A DNA stretch of 64,000 nucleotides, from the NCBI RefSeq assembly GCF_001194135.2, contig NC_069001.1:3784527-3848526 (forward strand), read 5' to 3'. Source of the stretch: Octopus bimaculoides. Its lineage: Eukaryota. A program made the translations under genes and the position numbers. This document shows positions 50,048-61,700 of the stretch, piece by piece. How positions within the stretch are numbered: position 1 is the first letter of the stretch; the number at the start of each line of letters is the position of its first letter. The notes beneath the pieces are model-generated. The model did no database searches. It saw only the letters and a list, made by a program, of their open reading frames with translations, and was not told where the DNA came from.

Positions 50048-51463
50048 TCAAAGTAGAGTTTCTGATTCTTCTTTGCCATCATTATCTGAAGATAAGTTTT
50101 GTCTACTACGTATGGAATCTCGATTAGAAAAAGACTCCTGGTCATCATCAGGAAAGTCTGTCTGAACGGCGCCATGCCTTTTAACAATATAAGGGCTTGG
50201 GTATTTTTCAGCTTTTGACAGCAGAGAGGTATTTTCATCCTCATCAATTGAGGCTGTTTCCTGCATTGCATTATCCAACTCTGCAAGTTCTTTTGCACTG
50301 CAAAGCGGCGTTTCAACTTTAACGGTGTTATGAAAACGAGAAAAATCTATTTGATATTGTCCATTTTCTTTTTGGAAAGTGATAAGGCGTTCGAATCGAT
50401 GACCCCAGAGGATCTCTCCGGGTAAATAAGAGCTCCTCGCTTGAGTTGTCATACCGGTCGATTCTACGATACCTTCTAAAATTACTACAAATTCAAATTG
50501 TTCTCGATGAAGATCTTCAGCAGATATTTCCCAAAATGGACTATCGTCTTCAATTTTGTGAACTATAATCACAGGCCACACTAGAAATAATCTATCACGA
50601 CCATCTTCATAACCAAGATTAACATCAAATTGAAAAAGAGGGAGAATTTCTCCCTCTTTTGTGGTCTTTCGTCTAATTAAAACACCGCGTACATGAGCTT
50701 CAACAATATGAGACTTACGCATGTCTCCTACTCTAAACAATAAACACATATCTCCATCTTGCTTGCAAATGCAAGCGTTTTTACTGAACATTAACGTTTC
50801 AGCTCGCTTTTTTGGACGAGAAAGTTTAGCAAACACAATACCAGTCATAAGGGCCTGGCAAATAACACCAAAACACGATTGGATCATCATGACTACAACT
50901 GCTTCGGGACATTCCTCTGTTGTGTGTCTTGATCCATAACCAATTGTGTGCTGTGTTTCAATGGAAAATAGCAAAGCAGATGTAAATGAGCGTATTTCTA
51001 CAACACAGCGCTTCCAGTTCTTGTCATCAAGATGATCCAAATCCCCGTGTGAAAAACAAATCAACCACCAAATTAAGGCAAATATCAACCAACTACATAT
51101 AAACGCCATGGCAAAAATCATTAAATTATAACGCCACTTAATGTCAACAAGGGTTGTGAAGATATCCGCAAGATACCGCCGCCGTCTTTTGCGTATGTTA
51201 GTCTGAGTAATGTTTACTTCCCCATTTTTGTAAATAAGGCGTCGCCTCAATTTCTTTGAAAAGTGCCGTTCAGCTCTCCGATGGACGATAGGTCCGTTAG
51301 GCTGACGCTGTTGGTTTCGCGATGCATATTCTGCAAATGAGTCTTCTGAAGTGCGCCGCTGATCGAGTTTCCCAGAAGAAGTCAGGATGTCCGGTTCGAC
51401 TTGTGGAGACAAGCCATGTCCTGGTATTGGACTATACCCAGTCTCCATGACCATAGCCTGCAT
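50048..51463 (-). CDS. Inward-rectifier potassium channel (Kir/Irk family, Kir2-like), 471 aa
   Basis: Intact ORF. Slide helix YLADIFTTLVDIKWR, M1, C...C pair (RCVV/EECP), pore ETQHTIGYGSR, M2 QSCFGVICQALMTGIVFAK, PIP2 motif KLSRPKKR, and cytoplasmic RKSHIVEAHVR, FLVWP and VILEGIVESTGMTTQARSSYLPGEILWGHRF. An in-frame TGA at 51472-51470 closes the frame upstream; M4 and M6 have better Kozak contexts than M1. Confidence 0.97.
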   Translation of the reverse strand: MQAMVMETGYSPIPGHGLSPQVEPDILTSSGKLDQRRTSEDSFAEYASRNQQRQPNGPIVHRRAERHFSKKLRRRLIYKNGEVNITQTNIRKRRRRYLADIFTTLVDIKWRYNLMIFAMAFICSWLIFALIWWLICFSHGDLDHLDDKNWKRCVVEIRSFTSALLFSIETQHTIGYGSRHTTEECPEAVVVMMIQSCFGVICQALMTGIVFAKLSRPKKRAETLMFSKNACICKQDGDMCLLFRVGDMRKSHIVEAHVRGVLIRRKTTKEGEILPLFQFDVNLGYEDGRDRLFLVWPVIIVHKIEDDSPFWEISAEDLHREQFEFVVILEGIVESTGMTTQARSSYLPGEILWGHRFERLITFQKENGQYQIDFSRFHNTVKVETPLCSAKELAELDNAMQETASIDEDENTSLLSKAEKYPSPYIVKRHGAVQTDFPDDDQESFSNRDSIRSRQNLSSDNDGKEESETLL

Positions 51464-51518
51464 GAGTCTTCAAAAAGATAGGCTCTGACACAGATGACAA
51501 TAAGCCAGTGATTTGCGT

Positions 51519-51572
51519 TTAGCTTGCCTCCTTATCCGCAGCTCCAGTCATCATCATCATCATCATTGTCAT
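51519..51572 (-). promoter_or_regulatory. Upstream ORF in the Kir 5' UTR (MTMMMMMMTGAADKEAS*)
   Basis: ATG ACA (ATG)6 ACT...TAA; out of frame with the main ORF and ending 55 nt before it. Depends on the predicted exon. Confidence 0.55.
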
Positions 51573-52352
51573 CTGAAACGATGAATAAAACCAAGATGTA
51601 AATTGCTGTTGACAATGTGTAAGCAATAATAGCATTGTCAATGACAAAACTACAGATCTACATTCACACCGAGTGCTAACATACATCGACTACATTATAA
51701 TATGTACACCAACAGACCTTCTCCCCTCCTCCCACAGAAGCATTTATTACAAAGCCAAAACGTACAAGATAAACTCATGTTTCAGGAATAAGAACTGAAC
51801 TGGTGTGGTAGGTCAATTGCAGAGGTAACACACTTTAGCTTTCAAATACTTATCCATAATAGATAGCTGGTAATTCCTTGTGTTAGCAGCTTGATTGATT
51901 GCTTGCTTGCTGCTGTAGGACCAGAACAATCTAGAACAATCGCAAATGCCTTTCACTGTAACATTCACCGCATCAAATATACATGAGATTAAAGGAGAGG
52001 ACATTTTGTCAGTCTCGATAGCTATACATGTTTGGTTTGCGTGGGTCAGTGTTTCTAATGAATTTAATACAAATACACAACAGGGATCAGAGTGTTAAGT
52101 ACTAAAGATATTGATACACCATCTGAAACCTATTAAGCCATAAAATAATAAAACAGTCGAGGTAGGATAAATATTTATTATGACATTGAAACATTCAGTT
52201 AAAAACAGAATTCTCTGAATAAATCAACATTTAAAAGATTTCATAAGATTTTTGTTTTCATCTCAAATGTAAAACACTTTTTATTTCTTTTCTTGGTTAT
52301 TTTGTGAGATAAGGACCAGATACAGAGTTTCAAATACATGGCAGAAAAGTTT

Positions 52353-52422
<70 letters not shown>

Positions 52423-52425
<3 letters not shown>

Positions 52426-52645
52426 TCATCATCATCATCATCATCATCATCGTCATTAAAGTCTGCTTTCCATGCTAGCATGGGTTGGACGATTTGACTG
52501 AGGACTGGTGGACCAGGAGGCGACACCAGGCTCCAATCTGATCTGGCAGAGTTTCTACAGCTGGATGCCCTTCCTAACGCCAACCACTCCGAGAGTGTAG
52601 TGGGTGCTTTTACGTGCCACCTGCACGAGGGCCAGTTAAGCGATA
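52423..52645 (-). mobile_element. Family-A SINE-like copy
   Basis: (CAT)n then TTTCCATGCTAGCATGGGTTGGACG...GGATGCCCTTCCTAACGCCAACCACTCC...GGTGCTTTTACGTG. Confidence 0.88.
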
Positions 52646-53365
52646 CTGATAAAAGAAGAGTGTTGATAATTATGAATAACTCACAGTTATAATGGAGAGG
52701 GTTGCAAAAACCCTTACATGTTTAGAAATAGCAGTCAAAACCCACTATAAAGCCACTATTATCACTCAATATGTTATTACATGTTTGGGCATTGATATAT
52801 TCATAAATAATTATTAATTGTTTATATATCCTTTGTAATGTATTTTATATTCCCTTTTAATTATACACACACACACACACACACACATATAGAAAGAGAG
52901 AGATATGGTAACACAAAGAGAAAAAATAGTACTTAAAATGTGTGTTTGTGTGTGTGTGTGTGTGCATACATGTTAATTCAAATTTGGTGATTAATCCAGT
53001 TACTAGTCCAAGTTTTGCATACCTGTATGCCCTTCCTGTTTCAGGTGACAAATCAGAATGAATTTTGGAAATGTAACAAAGTAAATTGTCTAGTTTTGAA
53101 AGAATATATATAAACTTCATTACAACTATTCGCTAATTCTTTCTCTAGTTTGTACACCCAAATCTGTACCTGCACGCNNNNNNNNNNNNNNNNNNNNNNN
53201 NNNNNNNNNNNNNNNNNNNNNNNNNNNNNNNNNNNNNNNNNNNNACCTGTCCAGCAAGGTGGCATCACTTAAAAGCAACAACAATGCACGCAAAGAAGCA
53301 CATTGGGACAAGCAATGTTTAACAACATCAAACAGTCTGGTCGATACAGGGGCACATACATACAT

Positions 53366-53408
<43 letters not shown>

Positions 53409-53824
53409 AACTCTACACAAGGTGATTCTCTGCAAATGAATAAAGGCTGGACAGTAAAACTGCCATAATTTCTGTTTCCACTATTCAACTTCTGTCAAAC
53501 TGTGAAACTCTGCAAAAAGTGGGGTGGTGGTGGTGGTGGTGGTGATGGTGTTGGGGGAAGGGGGCGTTGGTAGAGGGGAAACTAAGTAAATTGCTATGGC
53601 AGGGTGGGGGGTGGAGGTAACAAGTTGTTTTTGAACTTTTGGGGGGTTTTCTTTTCAAAATAGATTATTGACTGACATGACGCACACACACAAGAAGCTA
53701 ATGCATTTGTTAGTAAAAAGTATACCTACACACACATATATATATACACACACATACATACATACATACAGACACATACATACATACATACAGACACACA
53801 TTAACACAAACATACATACTCATA

Positions 53825-53859
<35 letters not shown>

Positions 53860-54774
53860 GCAATCATACATACATACATATATAGGGTACAGTAATTACC
53901 CTTTATATGTATATACATATAGATACATACACACAAACATAAATATACACGCATACAAACGTTTAAACACACATACACACACAGGTGTATGTATATACAT
54001 ATAACTTAGTGAATGCATGTCACACATGCACACATACACACACACATACGTACATTTGTACATGTATAAACATTCAAACTCAAACTCACACACATATAGA
54101 GGAGGAAGATGGACAGAAAGAGAGAGAGAGAGAGGGGGGGATAAAGAGACGGAGAAAGAGAAGGAGTAAAGATAGAGATACAGAGAGGGGCATATATATA
54201 GAGAGAGAGAGAGAAAGAGAGAGGGGAGAGGGAAAGCAGAAATAAATAGATAGAAAGAAAGAGCAGTAGAGATAGATAGACAGATAAAGAGAGAGAGAGA
54301 ATGAAAGGGAGAGGCAGAGATAGAGATAACCTATTCAATTACCAATAAACAACAGACACTCGTTAACATTCAATCATTACCTCCACACACACACACACAC
54401 ATTCTCAAATCCATCCCCCTGCCACCTACCCACCCAAAACACAATCCTTATAGTCAAGATGCTACCTGTGACTTGACAAACTAAATTACCTGTCACTTTT
54501 GTCTTGTCCAACCCCAAATATCCTTCCAGACTTTTCCCTTGCTCATACACCACAGCCTACCCCCACTAACCCCCTCCCCCGCGCCATCCGTGTATTTAGT
54601 CATAGTTTGGTTGACAAGGAGTCAGGAGTACAAAGCTACTCACTTCTCTCAGTTCACTTGATTGAGGTAAAGAAATCTTCTTTGAGNNNNNNNNNNNNNN
54701 NNNNNNNNNNNNNNNNNNNNNNNNNNNNNNNNNNNNNNNNNNNNNNNNNNNNNNNNNNNNNNNNNTCCTTAAAG

Positions 54775-54985
54775 CAGTCATTCCCAACCTTTTTATTTAT
54801 GCCCCCGCACCCCTAAAATCTTTTAATATGTTCTTGCACCCCTTAAAGCAATAATTCATATAAGAATAAAGGGGCCCAGGGAAATTTCCCTCTTTGACCT
54901 CCAATAAATCCGGCCCTGCTCGCAGCCCCTGTAATGCTATCTCACACCCTCAAGGGGTGAGAGCACCCCTGGTTGGAAAACCCTG
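54775..54985. mobile_element. hAT-type MITE (211 bp)
   Basis: TIRs CAGTCATTCCCAACC / GGTTGGAAAACCCTG; 8-bp target duplication CCTTAAAG (54767-54774) / CTTTAAAG (54986-54993). Confidence 0.82.
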
Positions 54986-55060
54986 CTTTAAAGGATCTGA
55001 ATGTAGAAAAGAAAGAAAGAAAAAAGGAGGGTGAGGACACTCACTGTTATGCTGATATAT

Positions 55061-55365
55061 ATCATCATCATTCAATGTCCTTTGTCCATGCTGGCATGGG
55101 TTGGACAGTTTGACCAGGGCTGGCAAGCTGAGGAGCTGCACCAGACTCCAGTCTGATTGGTCATGGTTTCTACGGCTGGATGCCCTTTTCATAATGCCAA
55201 CCATTCTGAGAGTATAATGAGTGTGTTTACGTGCCACTGGCACAGGTGCCAGCTGTGTGACATCGTTATCTGCCACACTGGCTTTCACTTGGGTCTTCTA
55301 CTGAAGCACAGCATATTGCCGAAGGTCTTGGTCATTCATTTGTCACAGCCTCCATGAGGCCCAAT
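55061..55365 (-). mobile_element. Family-A SINE-like copy, diverged
   Basis: (CAT)n...CCATGCTGGCATGGGTTGGACAG...GGCTGGATGCCC...TTTACGTGCCAC. Confidence 0.8.
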
Positions 55366-55780
55366 GCTCAAATGTATATACAGATATATACATACCCATG
55401 TACACATCCATACCTGTGTACACACAGCACACTCACTTGTAGAATATACATGTACATATATACACATGTATGTATGTATGAGATGGAGAAAGCGTGGGAC
55501 AAATATAGAGAGAAAGGGAGAGAGAAAGTGAGAGAATGAAACTGAGAGAGAGAGAGAGAGAGAGAAAAGAGGGAAAGAGAATCTGGGAGAGGATGAGGTG
55601 GAAAGAGTAAGGGTGATAAGATTAGAATTAGAAAGAAGGGTCAGTTTATGAAAGGGAGCAGGTATTTTTGTTTGCTGTTCATTTTCCTTGATCACAAGAG
55701 GCTTGTCAGCAATAGTATTCACACACATATTGGTACACACATAAACACATATATGGATGCTAGAGGCACAGATATGCACC

Positions 55781-55823
<43 letters not shown>

Positions 55824-56736
55824 CTCACATTATACATGTGGATAATGGAATCTGAAATAGCAGCTGTCATGTTCTCATTTGCATGTGCAAGCACAAAATA
55901 ATTAATATAGAAAGTAAAATAAAAATGAAAACTGAAATCATAAATTGTCAAAATTAAATTTGAAAAGAAAAAGGTTAAAGCATTTATATAATGATATTTA
56001 AGATAAAAAGCTATGCAGAAAACAGGTGGAGTTAGGATAAAGTTAAGAGGAAAGGAAGGAAGAAAAAACAAATCTTCATTCAGACCTAGAAGGGAAGATG
56101 TTTTGAGGTTGAATATGATGTTTATTTTCTTTGATGTTTCCTGCTGTGCTGCAGCAGACCCATTCAACTTATGCAAGCTGAGGAAGATGCAAACATGATG
56201 ATCACATACACTCACATGCAAAGCAGAAGACACTTGCCTAAGGTGCTGCATGATGTGATCAAACCTAAAATTCTGTGGTTAAGCCAAAACCTTAACCACA
56301 CACCTAGAGTTGCTGTTTGATTAATAGGAAAGGTAAAACATTAAGTCTGCATCTAGAAGTTAGCTTAGAGTATTCGTTTGCAGTCAAGTTGAGGAAGTAG
56401 GAAGATGTTGATGGAGAAATAGAGAGTGAGTGAGTAACAGTTGGAGAAGTAAAATGAATGTGAGTGGCAAGACGAGGTGGTTACTGTCATGCTTGCCTGG
56501 AGTAGTAAATGGGGATAGGGGAGAGAGTGAGCAAGAGTTAAAATGAGAGGGGGTGGTGGAGTAAGTGGTGTAACAAGGAATAACAAGTGTCATTGACATT
56601 TGTTTATTTGTTGACAGGAGATACAGCTGTAGAATAATTTCGATGGTTTTTGGTTCAAACAGTACTTGAATTATCCTGCATTTTATGTGTACACACAGAC
56701 ACAGAAATACATACACATACATATATACATCTACAC

Positions 56737-56803
<67 letters not shown>

Positions 56804-57095
56804 TGAACACACATATACAGACATGCACATATATATACATACATATACACACAAATATTTTAAAGTGAACATTATTTTGACAATTTTTTCCACTTTTGTA
56901 AATAAATCATGTAAAATAGTAAGCACGTGTGTGTGTGTGTGTGTGAATTTGTAGTAATTATTATAGAAACAAGAAACATTTGGTTACTTTTGATGACATG
57001 GGCACACTAGTATGGTAATGTCAGACCATGGAATAGAGCAGAGGTGCTTATGGTGGCTTCATGGTATAGTAAGTGTTGTATATAATTGGTAATAA

Positions 57096-57139
<44 letters not shown>

Positions 57140-57403
57140 GCTGTTGTTTTATAACTACTAACCACTCTTGAATCNNNNNNNNNNTTGGAGCAACTTCACA
57201 AAAGACAAATCTTTCATAAATCAATAAAAATCTGGAGCAATCAATCCCTTGATTAAACAAAGAAAGTTGCTGATACTCTCCGTAGGTCATAACTCTTGAG
57301 AGAAGGGTGACCATTTCTTTTGGCGAGGGGGTAGGATGGGATTCCAAACCTAGAATGCACAAAGCCAAAACAGACACAGCAAGCTTGCCAATCCAATGCT
57401 CCA

Positions 57404-57566
57404 TGAGGGAATGCTAAAAAAGTCCTGGCTTTGGGTAAAAGAAAATACAAGAGGATCAGTTAATTATGATTTTATTCAACATATTCCCCTCTCAGATCCA
57501 CACCCTTATAGCAGCGGTCATTCAGTTTTTCTAAGCCCTGTAAAAGAACTTGGAAGGTTGGACCTT
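57404..57566 (-). mobile_element. Second copy of the mariner-derived MITE (one end truncated)
   Basis: Reverse complement is roughly 85-90% identical to 49573-49725, including a 36-nt exact match; encodes LQGLEKLNDRCYKGVDLRGEYVE*. Confidence 0.8.
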
Positions 57567-57833
57567 TGTGTTTGATGGTATGTGTGTGATGGTGTGTGTA
57601 CATGTGTGTATGATGGTGCCTATGTCTGATAATGTGTGTATGATGGTGCATGTGTGTATGTGTGTAAGATGGTATGTGTGGTAGAGGATAATAGTGCATG
57701 TGTGGTGATTGTGTGAGTGGGGGTTTGATTGTGTGTGTGTACATGTGTGACAATAATGAATATGTGTGTGTGTGTATGTATGAGATGATGAATGCGGTTG
57801 CAGTGTATGAGAGTGTGCGCGTGAGCATGTGTA

Positions 57834-57867
<34 letters not shown>

Positions 57868-58252
57868 TATGGTAGTGGTAGTGGTGGTGATTAATTAAAG
57901 CAATATCTGGAATGTTCTGGTTATTTCCTGTTAACCTTTATACAATTGTCTGCTTCAGTAATTACCCTCACTCACTCATACCCTCACTCACTCATTCACT
58001 TGCTCTCCACTTCAGGCATTAACTCTTATACATACACACACCCATACATACCTGTATACACACCCACATACATACATATTACACACAGATGTAAGAACTG
58101 ACATATGCTTATACTTAAACACACACATACACACAAATACACAAGCACCTCCGTAAGTACATAACAACCACACTAACGAGCATACACACACACACATGTA
58201 CACATCAACATACCATCATGCACACACATACATCAATATATACATGCCAACA

Positions 58253-58284
<32 letters not shown>

Positions 58285-58654
58285 NNNNNNNNNNNNNNNN
58301 NNNNNNNNNNNNNNNNNNNNNNNNNNNNNNNNNNNNNNNNNNNNNNNNNNNNNNNNNNNNNNNNNNNNNNNNNNNNNNNNNNNNNNNNNNNNNNNNNNNN
58401 NNNNNNNNNNNNNNNNNNNNNNNNNNNNNNNNNNNNNNNNNNNNNNNNNNNNNNNNNNNNNNNNNNNNNNNNNNNNNNNNNNNNNNNNNNNNNNNNNNNN
58501 NNNNNNNNNNNNNNNNNNNNNNNNNNNNNNNNNNNNNNNNNNNNNNNNNNNNNNNNNNNNNNNNNNNNNNNNNNNNNNNNNNNNNNNNNNNNNNNNNNNN
58601 NNNNNNNNNNNNNNNNNNNNNNNNNNNNNNNNNNCCAATTCATTTAAAATGTTT

Positions 58655-58885
58655 TCTTTCTTTTTATCTTTCACTTGCTTCAGTCATTGGACTGCAGCCA
58701 TGCTGGAGCAACTCTTTGAAGGGTTTTAAGTCAAACAAATCATCTCCCCAGTACTTATTTTTCTACTGGTCTCTTTCACCAAGCTGCTAAGTTATAGGGA
58801 CATAAACAAACAAGTTTCTTCTACTATAGCTTCAGGCTGCCCTAAGCCTTGAGTGGATCTGGTAGATGGAGGCCCATGCAAGAAA
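58655..58885. mobile_element. Family-B SINE pieces in opposite orientations (3' part minus, middle part plus)
   Basis: 58655-58812 matches 49310-49490; 58812-58885 CTTCTACTATAGC...GCCTTGAGTGGATCTGGTAGA is the reverse complement of 28540-28590. Confidence 0.6.
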
Positions 58886-59171
58886 ATAGTAAATTGGGGA
58901 CCCACAATAGCAGTGTAAGGACCCCTGAAAAAATTTTGCCTGAGATGTGTGTATTGGTGATGTATTGCGAGAAACAACCAGGTTTCTTTCTCTCACATTT
59001 CACACAGTTCAACCTACACCACAAGTTAATGTAAGAAAAACAAAATAGGAATTCTGAAAGAAGTTTCTATAAAACAAGTTTTTAAACATTGAATGGCTAT
59101 GGGGGTCCACCCAGAATAAAAGAGTAATCAAAGGGGTCCATAGATTAAAAAAAAATGGTTGAGAACTCTTG
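58886..59171. mobile_element. hAT-type non-autonomous element, right end only
   Basis: Ends GGTTGAGAACTCTTG (59157-59171), similar to the TIR at 54971-54985; left TIR not found. Confidence 0.45.
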
Positions 59172-59350
59172 AGATTGAAAGATACTGCAAAAAGGAATAT
59201 GAAGGGGAAAAGAATTGATCATAATAAATGGCAAACTTAAGTGAAAAATCGACCACAATGGAGAAAGCTTATGATGTCATGGTAAAGTCATGAATAGTCA
59301 TAGTCTCGACAACTGACTGCAAATAATAATAATAATAATAATAATCTGCA

Positions 59351-59387
<37 letters not shown>

Positions 59388-60049
59388 CAAATGGGAAGAT
59401 TGATTTCCAATATAGAATGTGGGGCGATCTTCTGAGACATTTTTTTGCCATTAAATATGGTACTTAGCTAAAGTTATTTCACCTCTCTTATGTCATTATT
59501 GAATTTATTGGGATTTGTGTCACAGCTCTCATCATCGCATCTCTGACAGAGATTTTGCATGTCATGCCGACCCGGTAAGTGTAAAAGGAGAAACCAACTC
59601 CAGTGTGATCCACATGGATACAGTATTATGATGTAGTAAAAATAGACACGGGTCGAGATATGTGGCTGTGGGTAAACAAGAGCTGGAATGAAAATGGAAA
59701 GAGAGGAATGGAAAGAGCAGGATTCTCAGGAATGTAGTGTATGTGTGTGTGTGTGTGTGTGTGTGTTTGTGCATGCGTGTGAATGTGTATGTGTGTGTAT
59801 ATGTATGAGTTTTTGGTATGTGTGTGTGTGCTTACATGCATGCATATACATGTGTTTGTCAAGTGCCCGTGTGTGTGCATGCGCTTGCATGTATGTATGT
59901 ACATATGTTTGTGCATGTGTGTATATGCAAGTGTGTGTTTGTAAGTGCATGTGTTTATATGTGTGTGTACGTGTTTCAGTATGTAGTGGGTGACAAATGT
60001 GTTGGAATGGACCAGCAGTTTCCAAGTCATGGGTGTTGTATAATTTTGA

Positions 60050-60245
60050 AAGCAATTTCAGAGGAAGGGGTAAGTTGATTACACTGACCCCAGTATTCAA
60101 CTGGTACTTACTTTATTGACACCCCAAAAGGATGGAAAGCAAATTCAACCTTAGCAGAATTTGAACTCACAACCTAAACACAGACAAAATGGCACTAACC
60201 ATTTTGCCTGGCATATTAACGATTCTGCCAGCTCACCACCTTACA
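60050..60245 (-). mobile_element. Family-N SINE
   Basis: GACCCCAGTATTCAACTGGTACTTA...GCAGAATTTGAACTC...AACGATTCTGCCAGCTCACCACCTTA. Confidence 0.8.
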
Positions 60246-61285
60246 GACAGCCATTAATAATAACATCTCTCTCTCTCTCTCCAATGACCACTAATATGGC
60301 TCTCTCTTATAAGGATGTTCTCCAGACCAAGAATCTCTCTCTCTCTCTCTTTCTTTCTCTCCTCAATGTCAGATTCACTGGAGACATCATCTCTTATGTC
60401 ACTCACCAGGGGGCTTTCTGCTTCAGAGAGGTTCAGTGAAAGTAATGCAGTGCTTCACATCAGTAAAGTGTTTGGCTGCGTCCAACATGTAAACCTCGTA
60501 CTGAAGCTTTCTACCTGGATGCTCCACCTATCTCTCATCTTTTGGTTCCATAGTCTTCCATCATTCTTACCAGACAACACTGTCATGGCATGTACTGGCA
60601 GAGCTCTTTCTGTTCCACACTTAATAAACTCTGATGTGGACATACACACACATATACACATGTATATATGATGCTTCCATCAACCAGATTCACTTGCAAA
60701 GTACTGGTTGGTCCACGGCTACAATAGAAGATAATAATTTTTTATTTCTATTATAAGCACAAGACCTGAAATCATATAGAGTAGGGGTCAGTCAATTACA
60801 TCAACTGAATGTGAAACCATGTGGTTGGGAGGCAAACCACTTAACCATGCCTGTTGTTTTTCTTCACCTTTCCAACTCTGACCTCTCCTACCTATAACGT
60901 AACTTACCCCATTTCATCCAGACACCCATATCCTGGTTGTAATGTGATATCCATTATTGTTGGAATTCACATTTTTCAGATGTAAGTCGATTTTGCCACC
61001 TTCATAGAAATTATCATTTCTGTATCATGTTCTTCCTTAAAATTATAAATATTTTCCTAATCGGAATCTTCCATATTATTTTCACAACTATCTATCATTG
61101 CAGCTAGCATTTATTTCCGTTTCTAGCTAACAATTTTACTAACCAGCAAGTTAGGAAGCCTTTGCTACACCTGATGCAAATAGCAGTTGCATTTTCATCA
61201 GTTCACATGTTACCAGCTTGCCAAAAGTAAGGACACCTTAGATAACGTAGTCCTCTGTGTGTGTGTGTTTGTAGCACTAGTGATG

Positions 61286-61700
61286 GTACCATGTAAAAAG
61301 CACTGGTGCTGGTGTCACTCAGTAAAGTGATTGGTGTAAGGAAGGGCATCCATATGTAGAAACTAAACCCAAACAGACTATGGAACCTGGTGCAGCACTC
61401 CAGCCTTGGCAGCCCCTGTCAAACAGCCCAGCCCATACTAGCATGGAAAACGGGTGTTAAATGATATATAGCATCATCATCATCATCATCATTTTAATGT
61501 CCTCTGTTCCGTGCATGCTTGGGTTGGATGGAGCTTACTGAGGCAGATTTTTTTTTTCCAGCTGGAGGCCTTTCTTATCACCAACCCTCACCTGTTTCCA
61601 AGCAAGGTAATATTTCCCCCATGACCAAACAGGTTTTCACAGAATAACACAGCTTGTATGACAGTGACATTCATTTGCAATGACCATTTGATGACAGCGC
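61286..61700. mobile_element. Tail-to-tail pair of family-A SINE-like copies (61286-61468 plus; 61473-61700 minus)
   Basis: GGAAGGGCATCC...CTAGCATGGAAAACGGGTGTTAAATGA then (CAT)n TTTAATGTCC...GCATGCTTGGGTTGGA. Confidence 0.7.

Larger units (their letters stand above)
50040..51572 (-). other. Predicted internal exon (1533 nt) carrying the entire Kir CDS
   Basis: Acceptor TTGGTTTTATTCATCGTTTCAG|A (AG at 51574-51573); donor AAG|GTGAGT (GT at 50039-50038). No transcript data. Confidence 0.7.

Noticed and set aside
49927-50316. 129-aa minus-strand ORF overlapping the Kir C-terminus and running past the donor
   Set aside because: It is an alternate frame of the Kir exon that continues into T-rich intron sequence; no protein-like features.
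50721-50939. 72-aa plus-strand ORF antisense to Kir
   Set aside because: Typical antisense shadow of a coding region.
60407-60630. Candidate upstream Kir 5'-UTR exon (CATCAG|A ... CTG|GTGAGT); also a donor CAG|GTATGC at 53023
   Set aside because: Splice-like hexamers occur often by chance and the acceptor lacks a good polypyrimidine tract; unsupported without transcripts.
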